Assembly (NCBI GenBank): GCA_964019425.1
Contig: OZ025806.1
Location: forward strand, 372,001 to 436,000
Direction of reading: 5' to 3'
DNA from: Flectonema sp. DT1601
Lineage: Eukaryota
DNA: 64,000 nt
The notes beneath the pieces are model-generated. The model worked only from the letters and a program-made list of their open reading frames with translations, was not told the DNA's origin and did no database searches. Position 1 is the first letter of the stretch, and the number at the start of each line of letters is the position of its first letter. The position numbers were made by a program, and so were the translations under genes. Positions 1 through 12,512 of the stretch are shown here, piece after piece.

Positions 1-66
1 TCTTGACGGAAAACTGGAAGTAATCGACATAGTCGATCGATAAAAAAAACAATGATAACATTGTTT
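1..66 (+). repeat. Partial copy of the AT-rich hairpin satellite unit
   Basis: taatcgacatagtcgatcgataaaaaaaacaatgataacattgttt matches the units at 3575-4830. Confidence 0.85.
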
Positions 67-755
67 CATCTTTTATATTTTTTAATTTTTTTTTTATATT
101 TGAAGAAAAGAAAGAAGAAAAAAAAAAAATAATAACAAGCGGAATTGATCATAATGGGTGGCAGGGGTTGATATAACTTCATTTGAAAATTCTTCTTTTT
201 TAATTTCTTTTTTTTTGAAAATTTTTTTTTTTTATTTAACAGGAGTTGAGATCACTTACATGAGTTAACACAACACAGATACGAGAGTAGCAAACTGAGG
301 TAACACTACCAATTCAACAAAAAATAATCAGGATCGGACACAAGGAGGAGAGTTCATTCTACCTCTCACTGTCCTTGCTGGTATCTTAAGTGTCTTGGTA
401 TCTCTTTTGTGTCGGTATCTCGGAAGTGCTGGTATCTCGTATGTGCGTTGGTATCTCTTGCGTGTTGGTATCTCTTGAACATAAGAAAAAATATTGAGTT
501 AACATGATCAGTTTTATTTAAAATTAAAGACAGACCGGAACTATTTGAAAATAAAATGTAGATGGGAAACAGTGAAAATTAAAATGAATGATAAAATTAA
601 ATGAGATTTATGACATAACAGACCAGATAGAGAGTAATAAAGGGAAAAGGAAAACGGAAAGGGTTCATTCACTTAGTTAAAGTTAAGACCGATTAGTCAG
701 TTTAAGGTCTTGACTAGGACCAAAAAAAAAAAAAAAAAATAAATAAATAAATAAA

Positions 756-950
756 TAACGATCAAGCTGAGCTGATCTTGTTTTTATTAAAATAAGGGGA
801 GCGGGAGGGATGGAAGGAATAAAGGAAAAAAAAAGAAAAGGTCGATCAATTGGATCTGGTCGTCGAGAAGAAGAAGACAATTATCTTAAAGGTCGATCGG
901 CATAGCCGATCGTTGAGAAAAATAACCAGATATAAATACAATCAGTTTAA

Positions 951-983
<33 letters not shown>

Positions 984-1178
984 TTAACGATCAAGCTGAG
1001 CTGATCTTGTTTTTATTAAAATAAGGGGAGCGGGAGGGATGGAAAGAATAAAGGAAAAAAAAAAAAAAAAAGTCGATCAATTAGATCTGATCGTCGAGAA
1101 GAAGAAAACAATTATTTAAAAAAAATATGATCGGTATAGCCGATCGTTGAGAAAAGAACAGATATAAATACAATCGGT
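756..1178 (+). repeat. Two-copy direct repeat, about 230-bp period
   Basis: taacgatcaagctgagctgatcttg...gatataaatacaatc occurs at about 756 and about 985, separated by an A-run. Confidence 0.85.
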
Positions 1179-1411
1179 TTTGGTGATCAACGAGTGGAGC
1201 GATCACTTGACAAGAAGGAAAAAGAGAAAGGACCGATTAATTGGGGCTTTGGTTGTATTCCCAAGGCATGTTTTTTTTTATTTTTTTTTATTATTCATTT
1301 ACATTATTTTTTTTTTTTTTTAAAATTAATAATCACATTTTGTTCAAAAATATTTCATATTAGAGTAAAAGAAAAAGAAAAAAAGAAATAAGAGAAAAAA
1401 AAAAAAAAAAA

Positions 1412-2298
1412 CCATTGCTGGCCCCCTCACCTCCTCCAGGAAGGAGGCGGACAGGTTCGTAGAGAGGTGGCAGCCGGAGACCAGGGAACCGACCCGGGCC
1501 ACGGAGGGAGTCAGCCCACGCAAGTGGTACGCAGTGGCGAGGGGCAGGGCGGTAGGCCTGTTCCAATGCTGGAACGAGGCGAACTCGATGGTGTCAGGCT
1601 ACGCGGCGGCGAGACACAAGAGTTTCGCAAGCAAGGGGGAGGCGGAGGGATACCTCCGAACCCACCTGCTGGGGGAGGTGGTGGGGGAAGTAGGGACAAG
1701 GTACACCTTGGTGTACGCGTGCGAGGTAGACCCGGTAACGGGCCGTCTGGGGGCGGCGGCGAGCTGGCTGGACACACACCGGTTCGAGGTGTTGGGCACA
1801 TGGTCAGCTGGCCTGCCAGCGGGAGACACACACGGGGGGCGATACTTCGCAGCCCTGGTGGGGCTGGTAGCGGCCAAGGCGTGTGGAGGCCTCGTCCCAG
1901 CGGAGGCATCACACTGGTCGACGGACCAGAGAGAGGTGCTGGAGGAGGCGGATTTGATGGGGAGGCGTACGACGCTGGTGGAGATGCCAGAGGGGATGAG
2001 AACACACGCGACGGAGGAGGCGGAAAAAGCGGCGAAAGAGGGCTCGACCTCAGTGACGGAAGCCGTGATGAAGGTTTTCACAGAGGGGGCAACGAACTGC
2101 CTGGGACACGGGACACGGACGGGGAGTCCCTTCACGGTGCGGTGGGAGGGAAGACAACTGCGTCTGGAACCCCGGTACACGGAAGGGGGGACGGGATCGT
2201 CAGGCGGCCGAGAGTCGGTGGAAGGAGAAGACGCGAGGGTGGAGGCCCGAGACGAGCAGAGCCCGGTCCCAACCCCGAAGGGGCCGTACAAAGGGTAG
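1412..2298 (+). pseudogene. RNase H1-like ORF (hybrid-binding/Cauli_VI domain plus degenerate RNase H domain), probably from a decayed retroelement
   Basis: From 1522: KWYAVARGRAVGLFQCWNEANSMVSGYAAARHKSFASKGEAEGYL, the RNase H1 N-terminal pattern. Later EEAEKAAKEG resembles the NEEADRLAREG terminal helix. No upstream ATG; the GC-rich block continues to about 3100 with stops. Confidence 0.6.
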
Positions 2299-3574
2299 AG
2301 GCGGGAGTCCTGGAGTTGAGCTCGGAAGGGTCGGAGGATAGATCATCCTCCCCAGCGACAGGCGGAAATGGGAGAGTCCACCCCGAGCTCAGGTGAACGG
2401 CAGGCGAGGAGGAGGTACAGGAAGGGAGAAGAAAGGGAGAGGATAGAAGTTCTCTCCCCAGACCCGGGCAGGAAAGCGAAGAGGAAGAGACGCAAGCAGA
2501 AGGAACCGGAGCCAGTGGAGGGCACCACGAGGGAACAGGCGCCGCGGAGTTACAACAGGAAACCCACACTGCGTCGGGTAGGTAAGGGAGACTCACCCGA
2601 CACAATGGGGTACGCACACGGGCCCCTGGGCTCCCTGACCTCGTTCACGGATGCGGGCGTACGCTCGGAGCCGGCGGAGCGAGACGGACAAGGTGTGGCA
2701 GGAGTAGAGTTGGTCACAAGGTCGTCGACACAGAGTGAGAAAAGCACCCAAGGAGAGATGAGGGAGAGAGAAGGGGATCCAACACGAAGGGTCCTGGACT
2801 TCTCGTCGAAAGGGGGAAGGCGCTAGGGACTCCACGAAGGAGGTCTCAAGAGTCGAGGAAAAGACAGAGCCAAGACCCCAGAGCCAACCCAAAACACATG
2901 GTAGAGGACGAGGGAGAACAAGAGCGGGAGCGAGGTTAGAAACGTGACCAAAGCCCCCGCGAAGCAGGAGACACAACCTGCAACCAGACCCCCCCAAAAA
3001 AAAAAAAAAAACCCCGGTCAACGAGGCTAACTCGGACCAGAACATGCTTTTCACTCCCCCCCCAGGAAACACCGACCAGTGGAGCCAAAGGCCGCACACA
3101 TATTATAAAAATCAAAGGCCGCCCCCCAACCCAAGAAAAGGATGAAAAACCTTCAAGCGAAAAAACTTGACGTCCGTACGCCCCAGAGATCAAAGGACGG
3201 ACGACTCACACCCCCTTCTTTCGCCCCATTTTATTTACTGGTACAGCGACAAATGTAAAGCTGGGTAGACGACGAATTATTCTTTGTGCACGGAGACAAG
3301 GGATCCATGAGAACAAAGGATCAAGAAAAGAAGTGCACATTCCCCATCCCAAACCCAGAAACATGAGAACTCATTAAATTGAAGGGTCATGTCTTTTCAA
3401 GTCGAAAAATGCTTAAATGCTGAAGAAGACTGTCGTCCCCAGCTCGCGGGTTTTCCCTGTCGCTGTATGTCGAGACAACGATCAGAGTCAGTAGAAAGAG
3501 TATACAAATTTACTGTGTATTTTTGAGTGACGAAGAAAGAAGTTTCCATTTTATCTTCCCGAAAAAAAAAAAAA

Positions 3575-4931
3575 AAATAGAAATTAGTCAACAAAGTCGA
3601 ACGATAAAAAAAAAACAATGATAACATTGTTTATTCTTTTTTTTTTATTTTTTTATATTCTTTTTTATTAATTTTGAAAAAAAAACAATCAGTTTAGCGT
3701 CTTGACCAGGACGGAAAATAGAAAGTAATCGACATAGTCGATCGATAAAAAAAAACAATGATAACATTGTTTATTCCTTTTTTTTTTTTTTTTTATTCTT
3801 TTTATTTATTTTTAAAGAAAAAACAATCAGTTTAGCGTCCTGACCAGGACGGAAAATAGAAAGTAATCGACATAGTCGATCGATAAAAAAAAACAATGAT
3901 AACATTGTTTATTCTTGTTTCTTTTTTTTAATTCTTTTTATTTATTTTTAAAAAGAAAAAAAATGGAAAATAGAAATTAGTCGACAAAGTCGAACGATAA
4001 AAAAAAAACAATGATAACATTGTTTATTCTTTTTATTTTATTTTTTTTATATTCTTTTTTATTAATTTTGAAAAAAAAACAATCAGTTTAGCGTCTTGAC
4101 CAGGACGTAAAATAGAAAGTGATCGACATAGTCGATCGATAAAAAAAAACAATGATAACATTGTTTATTCCTTTTTTTTTTTTTTTTATTCTTTTTATTT
4201 ATTTTTAAAGAAAAAACAATCAGTTTAGCGTCCTGACCAGGACGGAAAATAGAAAGTAATCGACATAGTCGATCGATAAAAAAAAACAATGATAACATTG
4301 TTTATTCTTTTTTTTTTTTTTTAATTCTTTTTATTTATTTTTAAAAAGAAAAAAAATGGAAAATAGAAATTAGTCAACAAAGTCGAACGATAAAAAAAAA
4401 ACAATGATAACATTGTTTATTCTTTTTTTTTTATTTTTTTATATTCTTTTTTATTAATTTTGAAAAAAAAACAATCAGTTTAGCGTCTTGACCAGGACGG
4501 AAAATAGAAAGTGATCGACATAGTCGATCGATAAAAAAACAATGATAACATTGTTTATTCTTTTTTTTATTTTAAATTCTTTTTATTTATTTTTTAAAGA
4601 AAAAAAACGGAAAATAGAAATTAGTCGACAAAGTCGAACGATAAAAAAAAACAATGATAACATTGTTTATTCTTTTTTTTTATTTTTTTTTTTAATATTT
4701 TTTTTATTAATTTTGAAAAAAAAACAATCAGTTTAGCGTCTTGACCAGGACGAAAAATAGAAAGTAATCGACATAGTCGATCGATAAAAAAACAATGATA
4801 ACATTGTTTATTCTTTTTTTTATTTTAAATTCTTTTAACAATGTTATCAATGTTTTTTTTTTTTTTTATCGTTCGACTTTGTCGATTAATTTCTATTTTC
4901 CGTCCTGATCGAGACGCTAAACTGATTGTTT
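3575..4931. repeat. Tandem satellite of about 110-145 bp A/B units with internal hairpins, ending in an inverted unit
   Basis: About 10 units in the order A-B-B-A-B-B-A-B-A-B, then a reverse-complement unit at about 4836-4931. Confidence 0.92.
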
Positions 4932-4949
4932 CCTTTTTTTAAATAATAA

Positions 4950-4985
<36 letters not shown>

Positions 4986-5163
4986 ATCTACCTGCTATCC
5001 CTCATATCCCCACAATAATATTATACCTTTTCATTTTCTCTTTCCTTTTCTGGTCTTTTTTTTTTTTTCCTTTTTTTTCCTTTTTCATACAACGTTTTTT
5101 TATTTATATATTTTTTTTTTTTTTTTTTTTTTCATGTTTGATTATTTCCTCTTCATTTTTTTT

Positions 5164-5196
<33 letters not shown>

Positions 5197-5391
5197 TTTT
5201 TTCTCTGCCTCTCTCTTAATTCTGTTCGTTTCTCTGAAACGAAAATTCATTTGAATATTATTCCTTGGTCAGCAACCATCATTGTCGCCCTTTGGGCCTG
5301 TTAAAAAAAATAAAAAATAAAAAGAAAGTTTACATCGGGAATAGGGCAGGAGCCAAAAGCTCCCAGTCCGTTACTTCCCACTTTATCGAAA

Positions 5392-5590
5392 TTCTTATTT
5401 ATTTTTTAAAAAAAAAAAACGGAAAATAGAAATTAGTCGACAAAGTCGAACGATAAAAAAAAAAAAAAACATTGATAACATTGTTTATTCTTTTTTTTAT
5501 TTTTATTTTTATATTCTTTTTTATTAATTTTCAGTTTAGCATCTTGACCAGGACGGAAAATAGAAAGTAATCGACATAGTCGATCGATAA
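5392..5590 (+). repeat. Further A+B units of the hairpin satellite
   Basis: Same gtcgacaaagtcgaacg and atcgacatagtcgat motifs; truncated at 5590. Confidence 0.88.
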
Positions 5591-6253
5591 AGTGAGTTGA
5601 ATTTACCAGGTGAGATTTGGACTGTTAGCTTTTGGCTAAGGCCCTCCCTGAAGAGCAAGAACAAAAAAACTACTCACACCTGAAGAAAACATACACAAAG
5701 AACACACTGTAAGCTGTGTGTGTATTTTGTGTTTGTCACAACAGGAGAGAAAAGAAAGAATGTCAAGGTTGGTCACCTTGCCTATCAACGCACAACATTG
5801 GTGGTCTCTACTAGACCCTGAGTGATCCCACTGGATCTCTCATCGTTGTGTGAAGTTATAAAATCAAAGGTAAACTATGAACTTCAAATGACTTAGCTTG
5901 TTATTATAATGCCACAGGCAAACCCTGCATTCAGCAACTATCCAGCAGTGCTTGGAAGTCCTGATCTTCTTCTAAAAAAAAGAAAGAAAAACAAAACTGT
6001 AGCTGGGATCACTCAGGATCAACAGACTACCAATGCTACCTGTTGTACTTGCTCACTATGGGGGGTGATGCCAAACACCCAGAAGTACTAAACTGCTTTC
6101 CTTCTTGCTGCTTGCAGTTGAGTTCCAGCAGTTACGACGCTGTACGAATGTGTGCAACTACCGTCTCATCGACAAGAATCCATGAAAGAAGCTTGCCTGT
6201 CCGGCATCTTCAGTATTCGCCACATGTATCTGTGATGTTGACAGACGTAATGG

Positions 6254-6950
6254 GTGGATCCCTGGGGCCTTCAATATCATCGTAACTTCCTTCTGGCGCT
6301 CATAAAGTCCGAAGCTGAGAAGCGAACAACAATGAGAGGAATTATTGAAATAGATTCTCACATTGGAGATAAGAGACATGTCAGGTGTATTGAGAAGATA
6401 CATCTAATCCATCCTGGTGACTATATCATGACTCTGGATTATAAAGAAAAGGACTTCTAATGACAGAAGGGCCAAATTCCCCTTTCTATCAACAGGGGAA
6501 ATAGTCTGCTTGGATGTGTACTACATGAGCAGTTTGGAACTGAGGTTCAGTGTGGCCATAACAACTTCCTACTCTCACACATCAACCAGAATGCGATAGT
6601 AACGTATCCGGTTATGAATAAGTTCTTCTTGATGTCTGAGAATGATAAGATGATTCACTATTGGGCTGATGCTGGTAGGCACCTTGAGAACACAACCGTC
6701 ATCAGCCTGTTCTGTAAAATGGGTTAATCAGCTTGGGTTAACTTTTTCCCTAGTCGGCATGGCAAGTCCGAATGTGATCAACACTTTGGCAATATCACAT
6801 CTGTGCTGACACTCGAATCTAAATCGCAGGAAATCTGGGCCTTCAAGAAAAGCAAAATTTCAAACATAATTTCTACCAGTGCTACACAGCTTACAAGGCA
6901 AATGTTACTAGAAACAGTCAAAAAAGTGAAATTTTTAAACTGGTGGACAG
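6254..6950 (+). pseudogene. Decayed DDD transposase, Sola2-like
   Basis: Motifs LDYKE (near 6435), IHYWADAGRHLEN (6653-6691) and NFFPSRHGKSECDQHFG (6740-6790); in-frame stops such as TAA at 6725. The start boundary is uncertain. Confidence 0.6.
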
Positions 6951-7077
6951 TAAAAGGGTGCCCCAGTACCGGATTTGAGTTTTTTGGATACTATTTTCGT
7001 GGGGTGGTGGGCTCGGATTGGGTGTTAGGTGCCCACGGGATAGCCTGGTAAAAATTGGGGGGGGGGGGGGGGGGGTA

Positions 7078-9026
7078 GGGGGGGGTACAAGCATCGATTT
7101 TACGGAGATTTTGGGCACTTTCGGTTTTTTTCCGGAGAACAAGTTTTTTGTGCACCCAAATTATGAAAACTGCAACATATACCCCAAAAATGGGGATTGC
7201 GATCCAAAGAAACAGTTCTTCGGCACTTTAGAGCAAGTCTTTGAAAAATCTCAAAAAGTGTGGACCGTGTGGTACCTGAGGGGGGTGAAAACAAGGGGTG
7301 TGTTAGGAGGGCTCACAAAAATTACAAGTAATTCCGTGCATTGAGCAATCCATAACCAGGGTTTCCCTCCGAGTTGAGTGGGGGATGAAAAGGGAACCCA
7401 GTTTTTATTTTTATCGACCTGATTTGAACCTTAATAATATGCTACACGAGACCCGGCGTGTTAATTCCCCCTTGTCCGATGTTTAGGCTACTGGCCTTCT
7501 CTTGAGCATCTCATGTGCTCAGCTTTCGAAATTCGTCCCGAAGCTGTGCTTCTTTCTGTACAAGATAGACAGAGGACCAATCCTTGGATGCAGACGGCAG
7601 ATTAGCATTAGACCTTGCTGTCTAGAGGTCTTCCCTGTGAGGACGGGGTGGTACGTTCAGCCCCTGTAGCGCCTCCTGTTGTGCTTGTTCTTGCCAATCT
7701 GAAGAGGGTCGGTGGTCCTACGTTGATGTGGTAGCCTTTGGAAGTCCGTGTGCCTCTGGAATATGTTGTACGTTATCAGTAGGGCAACATTCACGCCACT
7801 GGTTCCATCAGTTGACCAAGAACTATCAACAACACTGAATAACCTCCCCATCCCTTGAGGGGTGCAGGATGACAACGAACACAACGGTTGTTAGCTTCAT
7901 CCCACGAGCACGACAGGCACTAGAGGAAGTATCATGCTGCAGCAATGTGACGGAGGGTGAGGAGGAAGCTGCTGCTTCAAGAAGTCAGGTCACCGACAGA
8001 TCACCTGAATCCATCAACAAGTCGGACTGTCCTTCGAGATATAGTTGGTGACTTCGACCCGCTTCCCTTCTGTCTGCGCACCTGCGACAGCTTCAACTAT
8101 GTCACTCACTCAGGACTTTGTTGGATGTCTCTGCGGCGATCCCTTCTTGCCGCAATATCTGCAGTGTTGTTACGACTCCAAGACTCCAGGAGTATATCTC
8201 CCTCGTTTGGGTACAGTTGCAAGCGGGTGTGTCTTTCGTACTTCTCCTTATGCTGCATATACTAGAGTGTCTTGTATGCCCTGCTGGTGAGTATGGTTGG
8301 GTCTTAAGTGATGCCTTGAACGGCTTTTTGGATAGGGCATGTTGCCCTATGTCGCTGCTGCTTATCTATGGCACTGCTATTTGACGCACTACCACTACAG
8401 CTGTCTTCAGGATTATCCCTGTTTGGGGTACTGACGTGGCGCTTTCTCCATTCTGTGAGCCTTCTGTGATCACGATTCAGATACTGGACGTTTCTTGACC
8501 CCTTTCTCACGCGTATCTTACTTCTGACTGTCCAAGTGTTGTTGCGTGACTTCAGAGATGCCTCGGGTGGTGTTTTCATGCACTCTGGGATCAATGCTCT
8601 CCTCCGCAGAATGACTTTGTGAGCTGCCCTGCAGAACGTTGTTTTCCGCTGCGTTATCCTGCCCATGAGCCTCGTGGCCTCAAGCATGGCCGAGCGAGAG
8701 CGCTGTTCTTTTTCGTGGCGTGTTCTTGAGGCGGAAACTGATACGTAAATGGTATATTAGCAAACTGCGCATACAGGGGCACACCAAGACTCGCCTCTTC
8801 TCATTGTAAAAAAAAATTATTTGAAGGTGCATTTCACAGGCCTCAAAATTGGACCCCCAGGTACCACACGGTCCACACTTTTTGAGATTTTTCATTCCTT
8901 TGCCGAAATCAGCCAAATCGAGGTTTTTTCGGCCCCGAAATCACATTTTTGGGGGTTCTGATGGGGTCCTGGGTATTTTTTGCCCCCGGGAAGGTTATAT
9001 TTACCAAAATTCGGAAAAAGTACCCC
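7078..9026. mobile_element. Non-autonomous TIR DNA element, copy 1 (inner TIR partly deleted)
   Basis: Starts GGGGGGGGTACAAGC after TA (7076-7077) and ends ...gtacccc before TA (9027-9028). It is the reverse complement of 9029-11002. Confidence 0.8.
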
Positions 9027-9028
9027 TA

Positions 9029-11002
9029 GGGGGGGGTACAAGCTGTCGATAAAGTACTTTTTCCGAATTTTGGTAAATATAACCTTCCCGGGGGCAAAAA
9101 ATACCCAGGACCCCATCAGAACCCCCAAAAATGTGATTTCGGGGCCGAAAAAACCTCGATTTGGCTGATTTCGGCAAAGGAATGAAAAATCTCAAAAAGT
9201 GTGGACCGTGTGGTACCTGGGGGTCCAATTTTGAGGCCTGTGAAATGCACCTTCAAATAATTTTTTTTTACAATGAGAAGAGGTGAGTCTTGGTGTGTCC
9301 CTGTGCACGCAGTGTGCTAATATACCATTTCCGTATCAGTTTCCGCTTCAAGAACACGCCACGAAAAAGAGTAGCACTCTCGAGCGGCCATGCTTGAGGC
9401 CACGAGGCTCACGGGCAGGATAACGCAGCGGAAAACGACGTTCTGCAGGGCAGCTCACAAAGTCATTCTGCGGAGGAGAGCATTGATCCCGGAGTGCATG
9501 AAAACACCTCCCGAGGCATCCCTGAAGTCACTCAACAGCACTTGGACAGTCAGAAACAGGATACGCGTGAGAAAGGGGTTCAAAAAACGTCCAGTATCTG
9601 CATCGTGATCACAGAAGGCTCAGAGAATAGAGAAAGCGCCACGTCTGTACCCCAAACAGGGATAAGCCTCAAGACAGCTGTAGTGGTAGTGCCTCAAATA
9701 GTAGTGCCATAGATAAGCAGCAGCGACATAGGGCAACATGCTCCATCCAAAAAGCCGTTCAAGGTATCACTTAAGACCCAACCATGCTCACTAGCAGGGC
9801 ATACAAGACACTCCAGTACATGCAGCATACGAAGAAGTACGGAAGACACATCCGCTTGCAACTGTACCCAAACGAGGGGGATATACTCCTGGAGTCTTGG
9901 AGTCGTAACAACACTGCAGATATTGCGGCAAGAAGGGATCGGCGCAGAGACATCCAACTAAGTCCTGAGTGAGTGACATAGTTGAAGCTGTCGCAGGTGC
10001 GCAGACAGAAGGGAAGCGGGTCGAAGTCACCAATTATATCTCGAAGGACAGTCCGACTTGTTAATGGATTCACAGGTGATCTGTCGGTGACCTGACTTCT
10101 TGAAGCAGCAGCTTCCTCCTCACCCTCCGTCACATCGCTGCAGCATGATACTTCCTCTAGTGCCCGTCGTGCTCGTGGGATGAAGCTAACAACCGTTGTG
10201 TTCGTTGTCATCCTGCACCCCTCAAGGGATGGGGAGGTTATTCAGTGTTGTTGATAGTTCTTGGTCAACTGACAGAACCGGTGGCGTGAATGCTGCCCTA
10301 CTGATAATGTACAACATATTCCAGAGGCACATGGGCTTCCAAAGGCTACCACATCAACGCAGGACCACCGACCCTCTTCAGATTGGCAAGAACAAGCACA
10401 ACAGGAGGCGCTACAGGGGCTGAACGTACCACCCCGTCCTCACGGGGAAGACCTCTAGACAGCAAGGTCTAATGCAAATCTGCCATCTGCATCCAAGAAT
10501 TGGTCCTCCGTCTATCTTGTACAGAAAGAAGCACAGCTTGGGGCCAAATTTCGAAAGCTGAGCACATGGGATGTTCAAGAGAAGGCCAGTAGCCTAAGCA
10601 TCGAAGATGGGGGAATTAACAAGCCCGGTCTGGTGGAGCATATTATTAAGGTTCAAATCAGGCCGATAAAAATAAAAATTGGGTTCCCATTTCATTCCCC
10701 ACTCAACTCAGAGGGAAACCCTGGTTATGGATTGCTCAATGCACGGAATTACTTGTAATTTTTGTGAGCCCTCCTAACACACCCCTTGTTTTCACCCCCC
10801 TCAGGTACCACACGGTCCACACTTTTTGAGATTTTTCAAAGACTTGTTCTAAAGTGCCGAAGAACTGTTTCTTTGGATCGCAATCCCCATTTTTGGGGTA
10901 TATGTTGCAGTTTTCATAATTTGGGTGCCCAAAAAACTTGTTCTCCGGAAAAAAACCGAAAGTGCCCAAAATCTCCGTAAAATCGATGCTTGTACCCCCC
11001 CC
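9029..11002. mobile_element. Non-autonomous TIR DNA element, copy 2 (inverted, both TIRs intact)
   Basis: 15-bp TIR GGGGGGGGTACAAGC / GCTTGTACCCCCCCC, with TA on both sides (9027-9028, 11003-11004). A shared subterminal motif aaaaatctcaaaaagtgtggaccgtgtggtacctg lies near both ends. Confidence 0.85.
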
Positions 11003-11035
11003 TAGGGGGGGGGGGGGGTTTCTGCACATCCTCAT

Positions 11036-11116
11036 ATTCTTTTTTATTTATTTATTTTTAAAAAAGAAAACAATCAGTTTAGCGTCTTGACCAGGACGGA
11101 AAATAGAAATTAATCA
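11036..11116 (+). repeat. Partial hairpin-satellite unit truncating the retroelement RNase H
   Basis: aacaatcagtttagcgtcttgaccaggacggaaaatagaaa is identical to the B units. Confidence 0.85.
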
Positions 11117-12500
11117 CTGCTATCTCTTGCATTGTCGCGGCATGTATGTCGAGGAGTTGATGATTCAATTCAATGACCTTGAGAACTCCATAGCACAGAG
11201 CATACATTTCCTTCACGTAAATATCGTATCTCTGAGGATTCACAAAGGAACCCCAAAATTCCTCTAAAGAAGCCAACAAGACAACTCCCCAACCAGAACC
11301 ACTAGCATCGGTGGCGATTCTTATCACCTTGCGTTCTAGATCGATCACCCATGATGCCCATTCGTTTTTGAAGAGCGCAGAGAACTGCACTTCAATGTAC
11401 TTCGCGATTGGTTCAACAGATGTCAATTCAGTCCACGGACGTCCCAGGGCTGCAGTACGTGACATCCAAGTAAGAATGGGGCGCAGAAATCTCATCGGAC
11501 CGCCAAGAGCATAGAAACTCCACACCAAAATCCCACAAATCTTCCATGCGACACGAATCGGAATAGGCTTTTCCAACAATGAAGTAATTGCAATCAGCTT
11601 CTGAGTCCACTCGGAACGACAACGTATATGTTTACGTTCGAGGTCCCATTCAATCCCAAACGCAGTCAGTTTCGTACCCACAGGATCAACATCCCCAAGT
11701 ACAACTCGATACCTCTGGCAGAGTAATCTAAATTTAAGTCCAACTTCTTCAAGCTGACCCTTTTCATCAGACACAAAGACAACATTATCCATCCAAACCA
11801 GAAACCGAACAGACAGACCCGAAGTTGCAACTTCTGCGAGTTTCTCAGCAAACCTTTGACTGCGGGGTGCACTTGAATCCCATAGGCGCTCGTTTCATAC
11901 GTAACAGACGATTACCAACTTGAAATCCAAAGATGTTTCTTATCTCCGTAGGAAGTAGAAATTGAAAGTAAAACGATTTAAAATCAAACTGTGAAATCCA
12001 CTCAGAGCTCATTATCGTGTTGCGAATAGTCTGATATGAAGGCAAAGCACACTTGGGAATGACGACACCGTCCAGTGCTTTATTGACCCCTTTTGGGTTC
12101 AAAATAAAACGAAGAGCTCCAGGTTGTTTCTTTTTGACACAGAAGGCACCACTCAGAATACGGCTTTTACACGAATGTGGAATCAATTCAGCAATGTCAA
12201 GGTCAATTAAGCGTTGAACATGAGGCTCTAGTAGTTTGTTCGGAGGACCCATTGCACCTTTTTTTAAGGATGTGATGTGCCCACCAACGTCTAAAATCCA
12301 TTTAAAATTGTCTTTGCACTCTGGATAGTCGTGCAGAAATGAATCTAAATCAATATGAGTCAGAGGTGATGAAGCGATCTCACCTTCATAACAAGCCCTC
12401 CTTGCACGCGGAACGCCTGCTTCATCCAGCCATTCGGAAAAAGAGTCTGCATATCCGTAATCATCCATCGCACATTCGAGTGAAGACATCCCTCTAGGCC
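11117..12500 (-). pseudogene. Reverse transcriptase-RNase H of a tyrosine-recombinase (DIRS-order, VIPER/TATE-like) retroelement; frameshifted and 3'-truncated
   Basis: AFCVKKK..GALRFILNP, QFDFKSFYFQF, APMGF; frameshift near 11860; then RFLVWMDNVVF, FGIEWD, and RNase H IATDASGSGWGV...IYVKEMYA. Confidence 0.85.
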
Positions 12501-12512
12501 AGATATCCACGT

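Noticed and set aside
378..478. Six GGTATCT motifs with variable spacers, superficially CRISPR-like
   Set aside because: Repeats are only 7-8 bp with about 10-bp spacers, the context is eukaryotic and there are no cas genes; treated as a degenerate minisatellite.
1467..2396. 309-aa Gly/Arg-rich ORF and the antisense ORFs over 1360-3193
   Set aside because: Shadow frames of GC-rich DNA; the frame starting at 1522/1534 carries the recognisable domain.
7657..10423. Short ORFs inside the palindromic elements as a transposase
   Set aside because: No catalytic motifs recognised, and the stops differ between the two copies.
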